DNA of 64,000 nt from Zootoca vivipara (GCF_963506605.1 NC_083288.1:27652001-27716000), one strand, 5' to 3'; numbered from the stretch's first letter, positions 12,847 through 24,106 are shown. Made by a program: numbers and translations. The notes: a model not told the origin generated them from the letters alone.

Positions 12847-15800
12847 AGAGATCCTTTATAATTAAAGCTGTTGTTAAGGAGAGGGAGGACAATTATTCAA
12901 CCTGTTACTGAAAAGAATGGCAAGGCAAAAAAATTCCGGTTGCCACACAGGATACTCAGGCTGCAATCTTACACTCAGTTAGGCCGCTTAACCATTGGCC
13001 TCAATGTAAGAAATTTGACAGCATATATATGGGTAGCATTACGTGTCATTTCCTCTAATTGCAAACCCAAACACTGTGTCTAGATAGCTATGGTCTCAAA
13101 ATGGAGGCAGTGAGAAGGAAGAGAGAGGCACCAAGTATTTTATTGCAGCTCCAACCTAATTTTTGACATCTTACATGAAATAGGTGAGAGTATTTGCAAG
13201 CGTCTGATTTGCAGGAGAAAGTCATATATTTCACATTAATTTCATTATTCCCCAAAGGAGAACCAGTTCAGCAAAATGACTACAGTGGTACCTCGGTTTA
13301 TGAACACAATTGGTTCCGGAAGTCTGTTCATAAACTGAAGCATTCATAAACTGAAGCGAACTTTCCCATTGAAAGTAATGGAAAGTGGATTAATCCGTTC
13401 CAGACAGGTCCGTGGAGTACTCAACCTGAAGCGTACTTAACCCGAAGCATGGGTGCAATTGTTTCCAGAAGTCTGTTCATAAACTGAAGCATTCATAAAC
13501 TGAAGCGAACTTTCCCATTGAAAGTAATGGAAAGTGAATTAATCCGTTCCAGATGGGTCTGCGGCATTCATAAACTGAAAATTCATAAACCAAGGTGTTC
13601 ATAAACCGAGGTTCCACTGTACATCAACTCAATTTACTTACCTGGCCAGAAATTTAGCTCTTGTATCTTGGTATGCTTTGCAGACGTTCTCTCCATCTGG
13701 CATTACAACAGGAGGAATGAATCCAGAAGTTTCATTTTTATGGGTTAGAAAACATTCATTTCTTTCTGGATCAACTTTGCCACAACACTCAGTAAATCCA
13801 TATTTCTCTGCAAGACCTTCTTCATGACAAATTTCATCCAGAAAAACAATATGCTGAAGGAGAGATGCAAAATATATCAAATATCACATGTTTTTAGGGA
13901 CATTTGTACATTTGTATAGTTGTCTTAAATTGCAAGCTGTTGTGAGTGTTTATATGAGGAAGTTTACATTTTATAAGAGATTTAAAGAAGGACCATTTCC
14001 AGATACTTTTATGGAAAATTCAAGTTTAGTTTATAAACCTCAGGAGTACAACATTTCATGCATAGGACCAAAGACAACTTTATGTTTGTTCACATATTAC
14101 ACTGAAACCAGCTACAAGTTCCTCTGCACATGTATAAGTGTTTGTGGGAAACAGTGTGCAACTCAACTACTATGTTCACAGACAAGGCAGTCATTGAAAA
14201 TTACATGTGATAAACTGTACTTGCTCAACTATTTGTGTACACAGATACACATGTTACACATGTGTGAACACCTCTGGGTAAAAGAGTGTACATCTTGATT
14301 TGTACAATTGTGGTACAATTCACAAGTGCACATATTGTACATTTGTTGAATTCTTGTGTGCCACTTCCTCTTTAGGGGATCTCCACCCATCTTCAAATTC
14401 TTCTGCCATCTTATTCCAAGGAAAACAGCCCTGGGCTTATCTAAGGCGGTAACTGAAGAATAGGGAGACAGAAAAAAGCTCCATCCTCAAACACCCTTCA
14501 CCCAGGAAACAAGATCAGCCAAGTCTAACAGTGCCATTTCCCCCTCCCTGGGTGTCTCTCTTTCAGTTAGGGACCTGCATCCACACAGTGGTGTGTCCTG
14601 CAAATCCATCTGTCATTAAAGGCGAGTCTTCTTTATCCCAGGCAAGGACTTCTCGAGGACAGGAGAGAGAACCAATGGGGAATTAATTACTATTTCTCCA
14701 CTGCTACATGTTATGGAAGGCACTGCCCTGCATCAAAAAAAATGTAATTAAGTGTGGCAGGTTGTCAGGAGGGAACTTAGCTCAGCAGTGAGCCATATTA
14801 TCATCAATATGCACATTTGCTACCAATATGCCAACCAGGTATACTAGGCAGACTTTTGTCTTATCCAATATGCCTAGCTCTGTGCTTTTAAACCCGGTAT
14901 GTCCCCAATTTATGACTGTTGTATGCATCTATACATAAACTAGTTTCTTTATAAGTGAAATGTTTTCTGTCTAAAGTTCCAGGTTTGGTAATTTAATTTC
15001 ATAATCCATCAGAAGATGGCCCAGGACTCCAGACTATGCAACATACCAATATTTCAAATCATAACCTCCAAATTTAGGTCCCAAGGCTTACCAAAGGCTT
15101 TTCACAGTCTGGGGCTGCTTGTTCATCACTAGAACATTTCTTGGCGAGCTCTACAAGATTGTCATTCAGTTTAGCCACCTCATCATATGAAGCTCTCTGC
15201 AGATTCTGCGAGAACAAGCCGATGATGCTGGGAAAACACATTTATTTTTTATTTATTTATAGATAGGAATATTTATTTACCACTGTATCATAAAAATATA
15301 CATCACAGCAGTTTACAATATAAAAACATAAAAGCAGCTTCCGGTTCCAGTTTGCCTTAATGGAGGCAGCTCCACGACAGCAGGAGATCGTTGGTGAAGG
15401 AAAAACAAGGATGATTGAGGGTTATCTTCCTAGTTCACCCCAGGGACAGGGGCTTCATTTGCAGTTCATCTCAGTACTTGGCTCTCACTCTGGCATGGGA
15501 TGTGGGAGGCAGGGAGGTACTGAGTGCAAAAGCACTTTGCCTGCCGATAACCATCCTACGCCACCATTAAGAAGCAGAGGTTCTCCTGTTAATTAGAGCT
15601 TAATTTGAAGTAAAATATAGGCACATTTGATGCTTTTGAATTATGGTGCTGGAGGAGACTCTTGAGAGTCCCATGGACTGCAAGAAGATCAAACCTATCC
15701 ATTCTTAAGGAAATCAGCCCTGAGTGCTCACTGGAATGACAGATCGTGAAGCTGAGGCTCCAATACTTTGGCCACCTCATGAGAAGAGAAGAATCCTTGG

Positions 15801-17875
15801 AAAAGACCCTGATGTTGGGAAAGATGGAGGGCACTAGGAGAAGGGGATGACAGAGGGCGAGATGGTTGGACAGTGTTCTCAAAGCTACGAACATGAGTTT
15901 GACCAAACTGCGGGAGGCAGTGGAAGACAGGAGTGCCTGGCGTGCTATGGTCCATGGGGTCACGAAGAGTCGGACACGACTAAACTACTAAACAACAACA
16001 ACAACAACAACAATAGACACGTGCTGGAAGAGATGAGATCATAAACGGTGGAACAGTACCAGCTGCAAAGTCATTAAGGTTTGAACTTGAGAGAAGACTT
16101 TATTCTGTGCAAAAGATAGACATAGCATTTTACAAGGACAGGAAGAAACACCATGGACAAAATAATTGCCACACACAGGAAGAACAAGAATATATTTGAG
16201 TGCCTCACTTGTGGTTCATTTAATGTGTTAACATGAATAGAAGTTATTAATATTGCAGCTGTTGTATAAAGGATTAATATTTTGACTGGAATGTAATTGA
16301 AATTAATAAGATGTTGGAATGCAGAAATAAAGAAATAATCAAACCATCAAATCTAGTATGCGCGGGGGGGGGCACCAAAAGTATATTCGGTATTTGAATG
16401 ATTGATATTAGTAATTGTATAATAATTTGGTTATAACGAGGCTATGATTGGACTGTAATTGAAAATTTATACATACATATACATATACATACATATACAA
16501 AAAAAACCAAACAATAAAGTAAAAAAGATAAGAGCAAGTTAAAAGCAAAAGCAAATTAAAACAAACACGAATAGACCATTGTTGAGAATGTACTCTTAAT
16601 CAGCGATGGACCGTATGCTAGTGCCACCCGGGGTGGGCATGCAGGGGGTGAGGTGGATGGGAGGGGCATAGAGGGAGTCCGCTGTGGCTGCACCAGCTGT
16701 GCCCAGGACCCCAGTCCCCACAGCCCCCCCCATGTTACTCCAGAGTCTCCCTCAACAACCCCCTCCTGATTTTACACAATTCCACATATACGTGTGGAGT
16801 CCAGGAATGTGACACCCTCGTAAGTGGGATAAATGCCTGCATTAACCCTTTAATAGCCTTTGTATTTATTACTACTTTTTGCTTTTGCATGTGAAGACTG
16901 GAGGTCATATCAAGGGAAACCATCTGAAAAGACTTACATGCCTGGAAACTGACCCTCTGCTATTTTAATGAAATGTCTGAAGGTGTCCTGGCGTCCTGTG
17001 AAGAATACAAAAATCAAATTTTCAATTTGAGGCATCTCACACCATTGGCATTTATCTACTGAGAGGCAGGCAGCAGCTTCATACAAAGCCAGAGTCATGA
17101 GTCAGAGCAGGATGCAGAAGTGAGAGCAACGTTTGCCCCAAATGAGATGTGTCTTCCTGAATTGAGTTGGGGTAGTTGTTCTATGGACATGGATAGGGAA
17201 AAAAAGTTTAAAAACAGGGCATTCATGCAAAGTTAAAGTCAGTTTACCATACAGTGGTACCTCGCTTTTCAAGAGTCTTGGAAGCCGAACGATTCAGAAC
17301 CCGAACACCGAAAACCCAGAAGTTCCAGTAATTGCTTCTGTTTCTGAATGTGCCTCGGAAGTCGAAAGGCTTCCGAGGTGCATTTCTCATGTTTTTCAAT
17401 GGATTTTGCCAACCACCCATTGATCCACGGTTTTCGAACATTTCGTAAGTCAAATGGTCTTCCGGAATGGATTACATTTGAAAACCAAGGTTCCGCTGTA
17501 TAAGGTCAATAGCACACTATGGCGTGGAAGAGGGTGGTCAGAGGGAGAAGGTATTTTATATTTGTTTTGAATCCCCATAATAGTGAATGGAGAAAAATGT
17601 GCTTCAGTTTTCAGGAAGCAGATTCGGATCTGAATCCAGAGGCAAATTTCAGAAGAAGGTGGATGACTTCCTGAAGTGAAATATCCATATACAAGCTTAA
17701 TCATGAGGCTGGTGCTTATCCTTATTATATATACAGAAGTGTTTTTTACACACAACAGTCCTATACATATGAATATCTATTCATATGATAACAGCCAACA
17801 AATCCACAAAGGTTTGCTAGCAGGTTTTGGGGTATATAGGATATTTTTGTAATGATGATGATGATGATAATAATA

Positions 17876-17906
<31 letters not shown>

Positions 17907-20397
17907 TACCCCGCCCATCTGGCTGGGTTTCCCCAGCCACTCTAGAATATTAAAATACAACAAATCTATTAAACATCAAAAACTTCCCTAAACAGGGCTG
18001 CCTTCAGATGGGAGGGTGTACCACAAGGCGGATGCCACTACCAAGAAGGCCTTCTGCCTGGTTCCCTGTAACTTGGCTTCTTGCAGCGAGGGAACCACCA
18101 GAAGGCCCTCGGCACTGGAACTCAGTGTCTGGGCAGAACAATGGGGGTGGAGACGCTCCTTCAGGTATACTGGACCGAGGCCGGAAATGTACTGGGAGCC
18201 AATATAGGTCTTTCAAGACCGGTGTTATGTGGACTCGACGGCCTCTCCCAGTCACCAGTCTAGCTGCCACATTCTGGATTAGTTGTAGTTTCTGGGTCAC
18301 CTTCAAAGGTAGCCCCACATAGAGCGCATTGCAGTAGTCCAAGCAAGAGGTAACTAGAGCATGCACCACTCTGGCGAGACAGTCTGCGGGCAGGTAGGGT
18401 CTCAGCCTGCATACCAGATGGAGCTGATAAACAGCTGCCCTGGACACAGAATTAACCTACACCTCCATGGACAGCTGTGAGTCCAAAATGACTCCCAGGC
18501 TGCGCACCTGGTCCTTCAGGGGCACAGTTACCCCATTCAGGACCAGGGAGTCCTCCACACCTGCCCGCCTCCTATCACCCACAAACAGTACTTCTGTCTT
18601 GTCAGGATTCAACCTCAATCTGTTAGCCGCCATCCATCCTCCAACCACCTCCAGACACTCACACAGGACCTTCACTGCCTTCCCTGGTCCTGATTTGAAA
18701 GAGAGGTAGAGCTGGGTATCATCTGCATACTGATGAACACCCAGCCCAAACCCCCTGATGATCACTCCCAGCGGCTTCATTTAGATGTTGAAAAGCATGG
18801 GGGAGAGGACAGAACCCTGAGGCACCCCACAAGTGAGAGTCCAGGGGTCTGAAAACTCATCCCCCCCACTTTCTGAACATGGCCCAGGAGGAAGGAGCAG
18901 AACCACTGTATGACAGTGCCCCAGCTCCCAACCCCTCTAGATGGTCGAGAAGGATGTTATGGTCGATGGTGTCAAAAGCTGCTGAGAGATCCAGCAGGAA
19001 ACAGCTCTCACCTTTGCCCCAGGCTGCTGGAGATCATCGTCCAGTGCAACCAAGGCAGTTTCAGTCCCATGATGAGGTCTGAACCCTGACTGGAAGGGAT
19101 CCAAATGGTCCGCTTCTTCCAGGTGTGCCTGGAGTTGTTCAGCAACCACTCGCTCAATCACCTTGCCCAAGAATGGAAGATTTGAGACTGGGCGATAGTT
19201 GGCCATATTGGCCACATCTAAAGATGGTTTTTAAAGAAGCATTCACCAACCCGTGAAGCCCATCGCCCAGCCCTTCCTGGCTAGCTTTTATAAGCCAGGA
19301 TGGGCAAGGATCAAGGAGACAGGTGGTTGGTTTCACTCGTCCAAGCAGCCTGTCCACATCCTTGGAGGTAACAGATAGGAGGTAACAGTCTACCTCTTCC
19401 CGAATCTGAGCAACTTTATCTGCAAAAATTGTTGCAAAATCATTGCAGGAGATCATGTGGCCCGTACTGGGCCCTGATGGAGCAGGTGGTTCCATTAAGT
19501 TGTGAACCATCTGACAGAGTCTCCTGCTGCTGTTTTCTGAAGATGCAATAGAGGCGGTGAAGAAAATCTTCTTCGCCATCACTACCACCACTTGGTAGGC
19601 TCAACATTGAGCTCTAACCTGTGTCCAGTCAGCTTCAGAATGAGTTACCCACAACCAGTGCTCTAGCCATCTCAGCGATTGTTTCATTGCCCTCAGATCC
19701 GTGGAAAACCACGGGTCTGTCTGGGCTCCATGCAATGGCTTTTAGTTAAATACAATAAATGATTGGTATATAGGATATTGGCTCTAGTGAGTTAAGAGAA
19801 GGCAATATTGCAACATGCCCCCAGAATGCTTACTCTTTGCCCTGTCCAAAGTCACTAACTCATAGTTTGGAGAGGAACTGACTGTGGAACTCTCTGGTGC
19901 TTTACAGACAGGGAGCTAAAAAGGATTATAAAGGTACCAGGCAGAGACACCCTTAAAGGATGGAGGCCTTTTAGCCTTAATGACTTTATTATGTATTATT
20001 AAACACCATATTTATTGTGCAATTTTTCATGAATCAATGATACTTTTAAATTGATAAATGTTAAAATTAATAGGATTTTTTAATATACATATAAAAATGA
20101 ATGAGTTCTGCACAGGAAAACCTCACAATGGACTGAGCCCCTAGTCTTTTTAAAAAAATAGTATGATGAAGCGAGCAATATTCTGACCATTCCAAATAGC
20201 TAGCCAGCTAACTAACTAGAAAGATAGATATAGAAATATGCATATATTATACATAAGCACAAAATTAATAAGTTTAAAAAAACAAACAAATCACAAACCC
20301 CCCACAACATACCTACATCCCGGTACCTTCTGGGCAGCTGTTTAGACTCAGCCAGGCTTATCAAAAAAAGACAAGAAATTAATGTTACCCACTTCAT
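852..20397 (-). CDS. Albumin/AFP-family gene A (serum albumin-like), 14 coding exons, 612 aa
   Basis: Exons: 20313-20397, 16938-16995, 15092-15227, 13642-13853, 12594-12726, 10852-10949, 9426-9555, 7951-8162, 6955-7087, 6295-6392, 5086-5224, 3034-3257, 2666-2798, 852-899. All are GT-AG and sum to 1839 nt in frame. Sizes 58/212/133/98/130/133/98/139/224/133 match the albumin exon pattern. Signal and propeptide MKWVTLISCLFLISLAESKQLPRRYR; 34 Cys in albumin CC..C spacing. ALB versus AFP orthology is unresolved. Confidence 0.93.
984..1111 (-). mobile_element. Penelope-like element terminal remnant
   Basis: Related copies at 8199-8288 and 38778-38871 (opposite orientation); carries a hammerhead motif. 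Confidence 0.65.
1074..1111 (-). ncRNA. Second hammerhead motif (stem I truncated to 3 bp)
   Basis: Minus strand UAU-CUGAAGA-A-GUGUGCAUGCACAC-GAAA-GC-UC-AUACC. Confidence 0.6.
1790..1879. mobile_element. 90-bp hAT-type MITE
   Basis: 15-bp TIR catagctgtcaagtt/aacttgacagctatg; 8-bp TSD aatgctgg on both sides. Confidence 0.85.
2666..2798 (-). CDS. Gene A exon 13
   Basis: 133 nt, QLVHLIKHQP...TQCCEAENHEECFTTE. Confidence 0.93.
3034..3257 (-). CDS. Gene A exon 12
   Basis: 224 nt, TDLLLGEVCQRHE...NCCEDSYEFRRDCISNLGVDPDYVP... Confidence 0.92.
3796..4289 (+). mobile_element. Solo LTR (Gypsy-type)
   Basis: TGTCAGG...CCTGACA ends, perfect 5-bp TSD cccat, ATTAAA at about 4198. Confidence 0.82.
4574..4620. 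repeat. (TG)n microsatellite
   Basis: Seen directly. Confidence 0.95.
5086..5224 (-). CDS. Gene A exon 11
   Basis: 139 nt, ILVHYTKRAPQMTFEE...KCCKENDAHILVCAEEK. Confidence 0.93.
5877..6220 (-). mobile_element. Sauria SINE
   Basis: (ACCTTT)n tail and tRNA-like head on the minus strand; matches the copies at 29913 and 41092. Confidence 0.88.
6295..6392 (-). CDS. Gene A exon 10
   Basis: 98 nt, EGQLRQHADYTLETLKMRCNLYEKAGDHGFQNE. Confidence 0.9.
6547..6677. other. Assembly gap (N run); others at 35642-35773 and 48425-48555
   Basis: N runs; none removes a coding exon. Confidence 0.99.
6785..6857. repeat. (AAT)n/(AAC)n microsatellite
   Basis: Seen directly. Confidence 0.95.
6955..7087 (-). CDS. 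Gene A exon 9
   Basis: 133 nt, FVYETGRRNPEFSKQLLLRVGSKYEGLLEKCCETENPEECFHQE. Confidence 0.93.
7951..8162 (-). CDS. Gene A exon 8
   Basis: 212 nt (one codon shorter than gene B), ADMIEYICTHQDTISTKVKDCC... Confidence 0.93.
8199..8288 (+). mobile_element. Penelope-like remnant (no hammerhead part)
   Basis: Reverse-complement match to 984-1070. Confidence 0.6.
8559..9151 (+). mobile_element. 5'-truncated RTE-clade LINE
   Basis: Degenerate RT C-terminus (QLRWTGHVVQMPDDRLPKQLLYSEL), (GAA)n tail, 11-bp TSD gtagtatagaa at 8548 and 9152. Confidence 0.82.
9426..9555 (-). CDS. Gene A exon 7
   Basis: 130 nt, EVAELSRKFPKADF...EVCCKGDTLECLLDI. Confidence 0.93.
10667..10749. repeat. (AT)n(GT)n microsatellite; another (TA)n at 10274-10320
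   Basis: Seen directly. Confidence 0.95.
10852..10949 (-). CDS. Gene A exon 6
   Basis: 98 nt, LPAVREQKNYAIGLQKHTCSILKEFGKRSLKF. Confidence 0.88.
11737..12529. mobile_element. hAT-like non-autonomous element containing an L2 3' tail, with a nested Bov-B
   Basis: TIR-like cagacccaccaa / ttagagggtatg; internal repeats of ccctattttcatc; L2-like tail at about 11960-12078. Confidence 0.55.
12130..12500 (+). mobile_element. Bov-B (RTE) LINE 3' end
   Basis: RVPWTARRSNLSILKEISPECSLEG...; (CAA)n tail. Confidence 0.92.
12594..12726 (-). CDS. Gene A exon 5
   Basis: 133 nt, YYYELSRRHP...QTCCPETDKDACFKEK. Confidence 0.92.
12775..12847. repeat. (GAAA)n microsatellite
   Basis: Seen directly. Confidence 0.95.
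13283..13619. mobile_element. Tc1/mariner (Tigger/pogo-like) MITE with internal duplication
   Basis: TIR cagtggtacctcggtttatgaac / gttcataaaccgaggttccactg; TA TSD. Confidence 0.85.
13642..13853 (-). CDS. Gene A exon 4
   Basis: 212 nt, HIVFLDEICHEEGLAEKYGFTECCGKVDPERNECFLTHK... Confidence 0.93.
15092..15227 (-). CDS. Gene A exon 3
   Basis: 136 nt, IIGLFSQNLQRASYDEVAKLNDNLVELAKKCSSDEQAAPDCEKPL. Confidence 0.9.
15627..16013 (+). mobile_element. Bov-B LINE 3' end
   Basis: Near-identical to the 12130 copy; (CAA)n tail. Confidence 0.92.
16938..16995 (-). CDS. Gene A exon 2
   Basis: 58 nt, cacag|...|gtaagt, GRQDTFRHFIKIAEGQFPGI; flanks are homologous to gene B exon 2. Confidence 0.88.
17252..17498. 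mobile_element. Tc1/mariner-type MITE
   Basis: cagtggtacctcg...aaccaaggttccgctg; TA TSD. Confidence 0.78.
17851..19737 (-). mobile_element. L2-clade LINE, degenerate ORF2 (RT), in gene A intron 1
   Basis: NYRPVSNLPFLGKVIE, QSGFRPHHGTETAL, HQYADDTQLY, LNPDKTE, LDYCNALYVGLP; (ATT)n tail. Confidence 0.92.
20313..20397 (-). CDS. Gene A exon 1 (signal and propeptide)
   Basis: MKWVTLISCLFLISLAESKQLPRRYRDV, donor G|gtatgt. Confidence 0.92.
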
Positions 20398-20451
20398 AGT
20401 TTCAAATTATTGAGGGGCTGGGATGTGGAAAGCAGCAAATGGGTAGATGAG

Positions 20452-20775
20452 CTTTTTATACTTTTGTGCATGCATGTTGGGTTACTGTCACATTCCCAGT
20501 TAGAATCTCAGAAATACTGCTGCTAATAATTATCAGAGTCCCAGGGGGTAAAGCAAACTTTGTTTGTTACCTGATAACTCTTAGATCAACCTTTCCCCCC
20601 ATCAATATGCTGTCCAAAGGTGAATTGAATTGATGTGAGCGGGCCTCGTCAATTTAAAGAGCTTAAGTTCAATGGTGTCGTGTGTGACATTTGTTCTCAA
20701 GGCTGTTGAAGAGTAAACATTTACCCTTTCACAACAGGGGCTGAAAATTCAGACTGGAATCTTATTCATTAATCT
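20452..20775 (-). promoter_or_regulatory. Gene A promoter: TATA plus HNF1-, HNF4/DR1- and FOXA-like sites
   Basis: TATAAAAA at 20453-20460 (minus); GCTAATAATTATC at about 20522; TGTCCAAAGGTGA at 20611-20623; GTAAACA at 20713-20719. The blocks are conserved with the gene B promoter. Confidence 0.7.
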
Positions 20776-21457
20776 ATGAAAGTCAGAAAAGATATATCTA
20801 GTGGAGCTAGAGATTTCCATACCAACTGTCTTCTGATGACAGAAACCCTTCTATTTTTATTTTGTTCCCATCCCACACTGATGTTTCACTGTATTTTATA
20901 TTATGTTAGAAGAGTGGATTTAGTAAGAGGTGCAGGCGATGATCAAGTATAGAATTTGGTATAATGTGTCCTCAGTTAAAAAAAGGAAATTCCTTCTTGC
21001 CTTTCCAGGATAAAACAGATATTCCCTTCTCTGGTATGGTCTACCAATTCTACAGCAAAAATTGGACTTGGTGGGTAGTTTGTAGCTCCTTTGCCAGAAT
21101 CTTTGCAACTTTGTGAATCCAGAAACACCACTTTTCATGGGGCTGTCTCCATCAACTCACATGATGCATATAATCAAGCTGAAAAACATAGTTCTGACTT
21201 ACCATGAATCTGACACAATGCAGCAGAACAAACATAAAACAGTGTGAGAAAATAAGTACAAAGTAAGCAAATTGACAAAAATGTTTCCACTTTTTAACAC
21301 AAGAAAACAAATACAGAAATTGTTGTTAGTTAGAAAGTTTGTTCTCCAAAGGTTTACATTTGGTATGCAAATAGTGATTTATGTATAATAAATGTTTATA
21401 AATTATTTACAGGTTTTTTAAAAAAATGAAAATATAAGGTAATCCATTTTCTGGCCA

Positions 21458-22417
21458 TTAGAAATTGGGGGAGCATTGGGAGAAGAGATTTGTATTCAAC
21501 TTCCATAATGCTGTTTTCAATTCCTTATTCCTAATGCTATAGATTAATGGGTTCATAACTGGTGGAAACATGCAATAGAACATAGAAGCAACAAGATCCA
21601 AAAGCTCTGTGTCACTTGATGATAGTGACACAGAGCTTTGCTTCAGATAGACAAATGAACCGCTAACCAAATATAAAGATATTACAATAAGATGTGGCAA
21701 GCAAGTTGAGAAGGCTTTTCCCTTTCCCTGGGCAGAAGGAATTTTTAGAACTGCACTGAAGATTTTAACGTATGAATAAACTATTAGAGCAAGGAAGATA
21801 AAGGCCAGAGAGGCACCAACACAAAGAACCCAAAATGCAATGAGATATGAGTCAGAGCAAGCAATTTTGAATAGCTGTGGAATTTCACAGAAAAACATAT
21901 TAATGTCATTTGAACAGAACTCAATTGTGAATGTACTGCCAGTATATACTGTGGAATAGATAAGCCCTGTAATCCATGCACTGATTGCCATTTTGACACA
22001 TGCTTTCCTGTTCATCACAGTCTCATAGTGCAGAGGATTGCAGATAGCAAAGTAGCGGTCATATGCCATGATGCCAAGGAGGACAAAATGAGATACAGTG
22101 AAGAAGATAAGGTAGAAAACCTGGCAGATGCATCCATTGTATGAAATGGTCTTGGTGTTCATCAGCGAATTTGCCAAGGATTTGGGAACTGAGACAGATA
22201 TGGAGCCAAGGTCTTGGGATGCCAGATTGGCTAGAAAAAAGTACATGGGTTTGTGAAGCTGAGGACTGAAAATTATGACTGTGATGATGAGGAGGTTTTC
22301 AGTGACAGCAATCAGATAAATGATCAAGAATGTAATGAAATGAAATGTCTTCAATTCCTGAGTATCAGAGAATCCATGCAGAAGGAATTCCACCACTCTA
22401 GATGACTGGTTGAACAT
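21458..22417 (-). CDS. Olfactory receptor, family 14-like, intact, 319 aa
   Basis: Single coding exon with LHKPMYFFLANL, MAYDRYFAIC, FFCEIPQL, KAFSTCLPHL, PPVMNPLIYSIRN. The ATG at 22417 follows a splice acceptor ctctctttgcag| at 22435; the ORF track's TTG start is intronic. Confidence 0.93.
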   Translation of the reverse strand: MFNQSSRVVEFLLHGFSDTQELKTFHFITFLIIYLIAVTENLLIITVIIFSPQLHKPMYFFLANLASQDLGSISVSVPKSLANSLMNTKTISYNGCICQVFYLIFFTVSHFVLLGIMAYDRYFAICNPLHYETVMNRKACVKMAISAWITGLIYSTVYTGSTFTIEFCSNDINMFFCEIPQLFKIACSDSYLIAFWVLCVGASLAFIFLALIVYSYVKIFSAVLKIPSAQGKGKAFSTCLPHLIVISLYLVSGSFVYLKQSSVSLSSSDTELLDLVASMFYCMFPPVMNPLIYSIRNKELKTALWKLNTNLFSQCSPNF

Positions 22418-23859
22418 TGTACGGCTGTGTAGTACCTGCAAAGAGAGGGCACAACAATTTTAGAAAGGAGGAGGAAGAGGAGAAAAATGTTTTGACGCAT
22501 GCTCCCCAATGGAACAAGTAGGTTGACTTAGATCGCCAATTAACCATTGCTTGTTTAAGAAATAATTATTGTTTATTTATTTAACAAAATGCATAGTCTG
22601 TTAAAAATGTAAGTGTTTGATATAGAGTATTGTATTCCCTCCTGGAAAACCCCCCCAGATAAAACAAGAAAAAAATAAAACTAGTAGACTTCATAAAATT
22701 CCATGTGTGGGTTAACTTGTCAACAGAAAGAATGTTTTAGGAAACTTTTTAAACAGTCCAAAGAGAGATTCTATTTGATGTTCAAAGCAAGGAGTTATAA
22801 ATATTGGTGCTACTCTGAATATTTCATCCCTGATTAAGAACAAAGTTCACATGGCATTGGTACAACTACGAAGTGCCACAGGTTGGAGCTATAGAGTTTG
22901 AATGTGTGAGGCCAAGCAAGTCTTCAGATAAACTGACCCCAACCTATTTAGGGCTTTATATGTTAACAGTAACTCCTTAAACTTGGCATAGTAAGGAATT
23001 GGCAGCTGGTACACTTATTTGAGCAAAGGTGCAATGTGCCCACATAATCTCACTCTTGTTAGCAATGATACTGCAGCATACTGTCCTAACTGTAGTTTTT
23101 GTACCAGACACAAGGAAAATCTCACATAGTATACATAGTATATAGTATATATATATCCCAAATTACAAGAAAATGATTCAGGATCTTTTGTGATGGGCAG
23201 CTTTGTGTTAGTTTTTGTGTGTGTTTGTTTGTTAGTTAGTTAGTTAGTTAGTTAGGCAGAAGTGGATTTTGTTCTGAACAAGGTGACCCTTAAGCCACTA
23301 TTTCTGCCAAATTTCAGAAGGATAATGTTTTTTGGAAAACGGTTAGAAAATAGCCTACATGAGAGAGGTGCTCCTTGGTAAGAAACCTTCCAGATTTCTG
23401 ACAAATAGATCCAGGGAACTTTGTGCTGAGCACCTTTCAATTTGCTGGGGATGAGAGATCTAAAAGGGAATTACATTACTGGAGTATCATTGCCTCAACA
23501 ACTCTGGCTAAACTATCCCAGTGCAAGCAGGGCCACTATTATTATACCAGCCAAAACTGAAAAAAGGTATTTGAATAATCCCACAGCAACTATGCACAAA
23601 GAAGGGGTAGTGGCAGGCTTTGGGGGCAATCCCTGTATGTCTTTGCCCATGTCAGGTTTCCAGTATGCATAAACAAAGAGGGACTTAGACTGACTCATTC
23701 TCTTCAATGTCTCTTCAATGGGAATAAGGAAGCACTGGAAAGAATATTCTCTTTATTGAATGGAATGGTACCATTCTTGGTGATATGGCGACATTTCTGC
23801 ATATCTAAACTTTGCAGACTTTTTGACTAGAGAATCCATAAATATTGGAATAAAATTGG

Positions 23860-24106
23860 AATAAAATTTGCTTTTTATTAATCAGGTCGCCAGTAAACAG
23901 ACTGAAAAGTATCCCATGAGATTGACTTACCAAGCTGTTTACAGGTAGATCTTGGGTATTTTCATGCATGTTTACATTTTTCTTTTTCCTGCCTGATTGT
24001 GATCTGTGTTTTCTTTCTGGGTAGCCACTGTGATTCGCCTTTTCATCTATGTATCATATCCTTTTCTCTCCACAGCTGTTTGAGAGGCGATCTCTCTTAC
24101 TTTTCT
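23860..24106 (-). other. Candidate non-coding terminal exon 15 of gene B (or 5'UTR exon of the OR14-like gene)
   Basis: Strong acceptor tcctttttctttctgccggtacag| at 24106; stops in all three frames; AATAAA at 23874-23879 (minus); internal donor TTG|gtaagt at 23931. Sequence homologous to gene A intron 14 (430-575) extends down to about 24715. A weaker alternative is 26640-26886. Confidence 0.5.

Noticed and set aside
852-20397. Gene A as a pseudogene, or assigning the ALB/AFP/AFM symbol
   Set aside because: All exons, phases and Cys are intact. The proteins mix albumin-like and AFP-like features, so orthology needs a tree.
22418-22441. TTG start for the OR14-like gene
   Set aside because: It lies in the acceptor (tttgcag); ATG 22417 gives a normal N-terminus with an NQS sequon.
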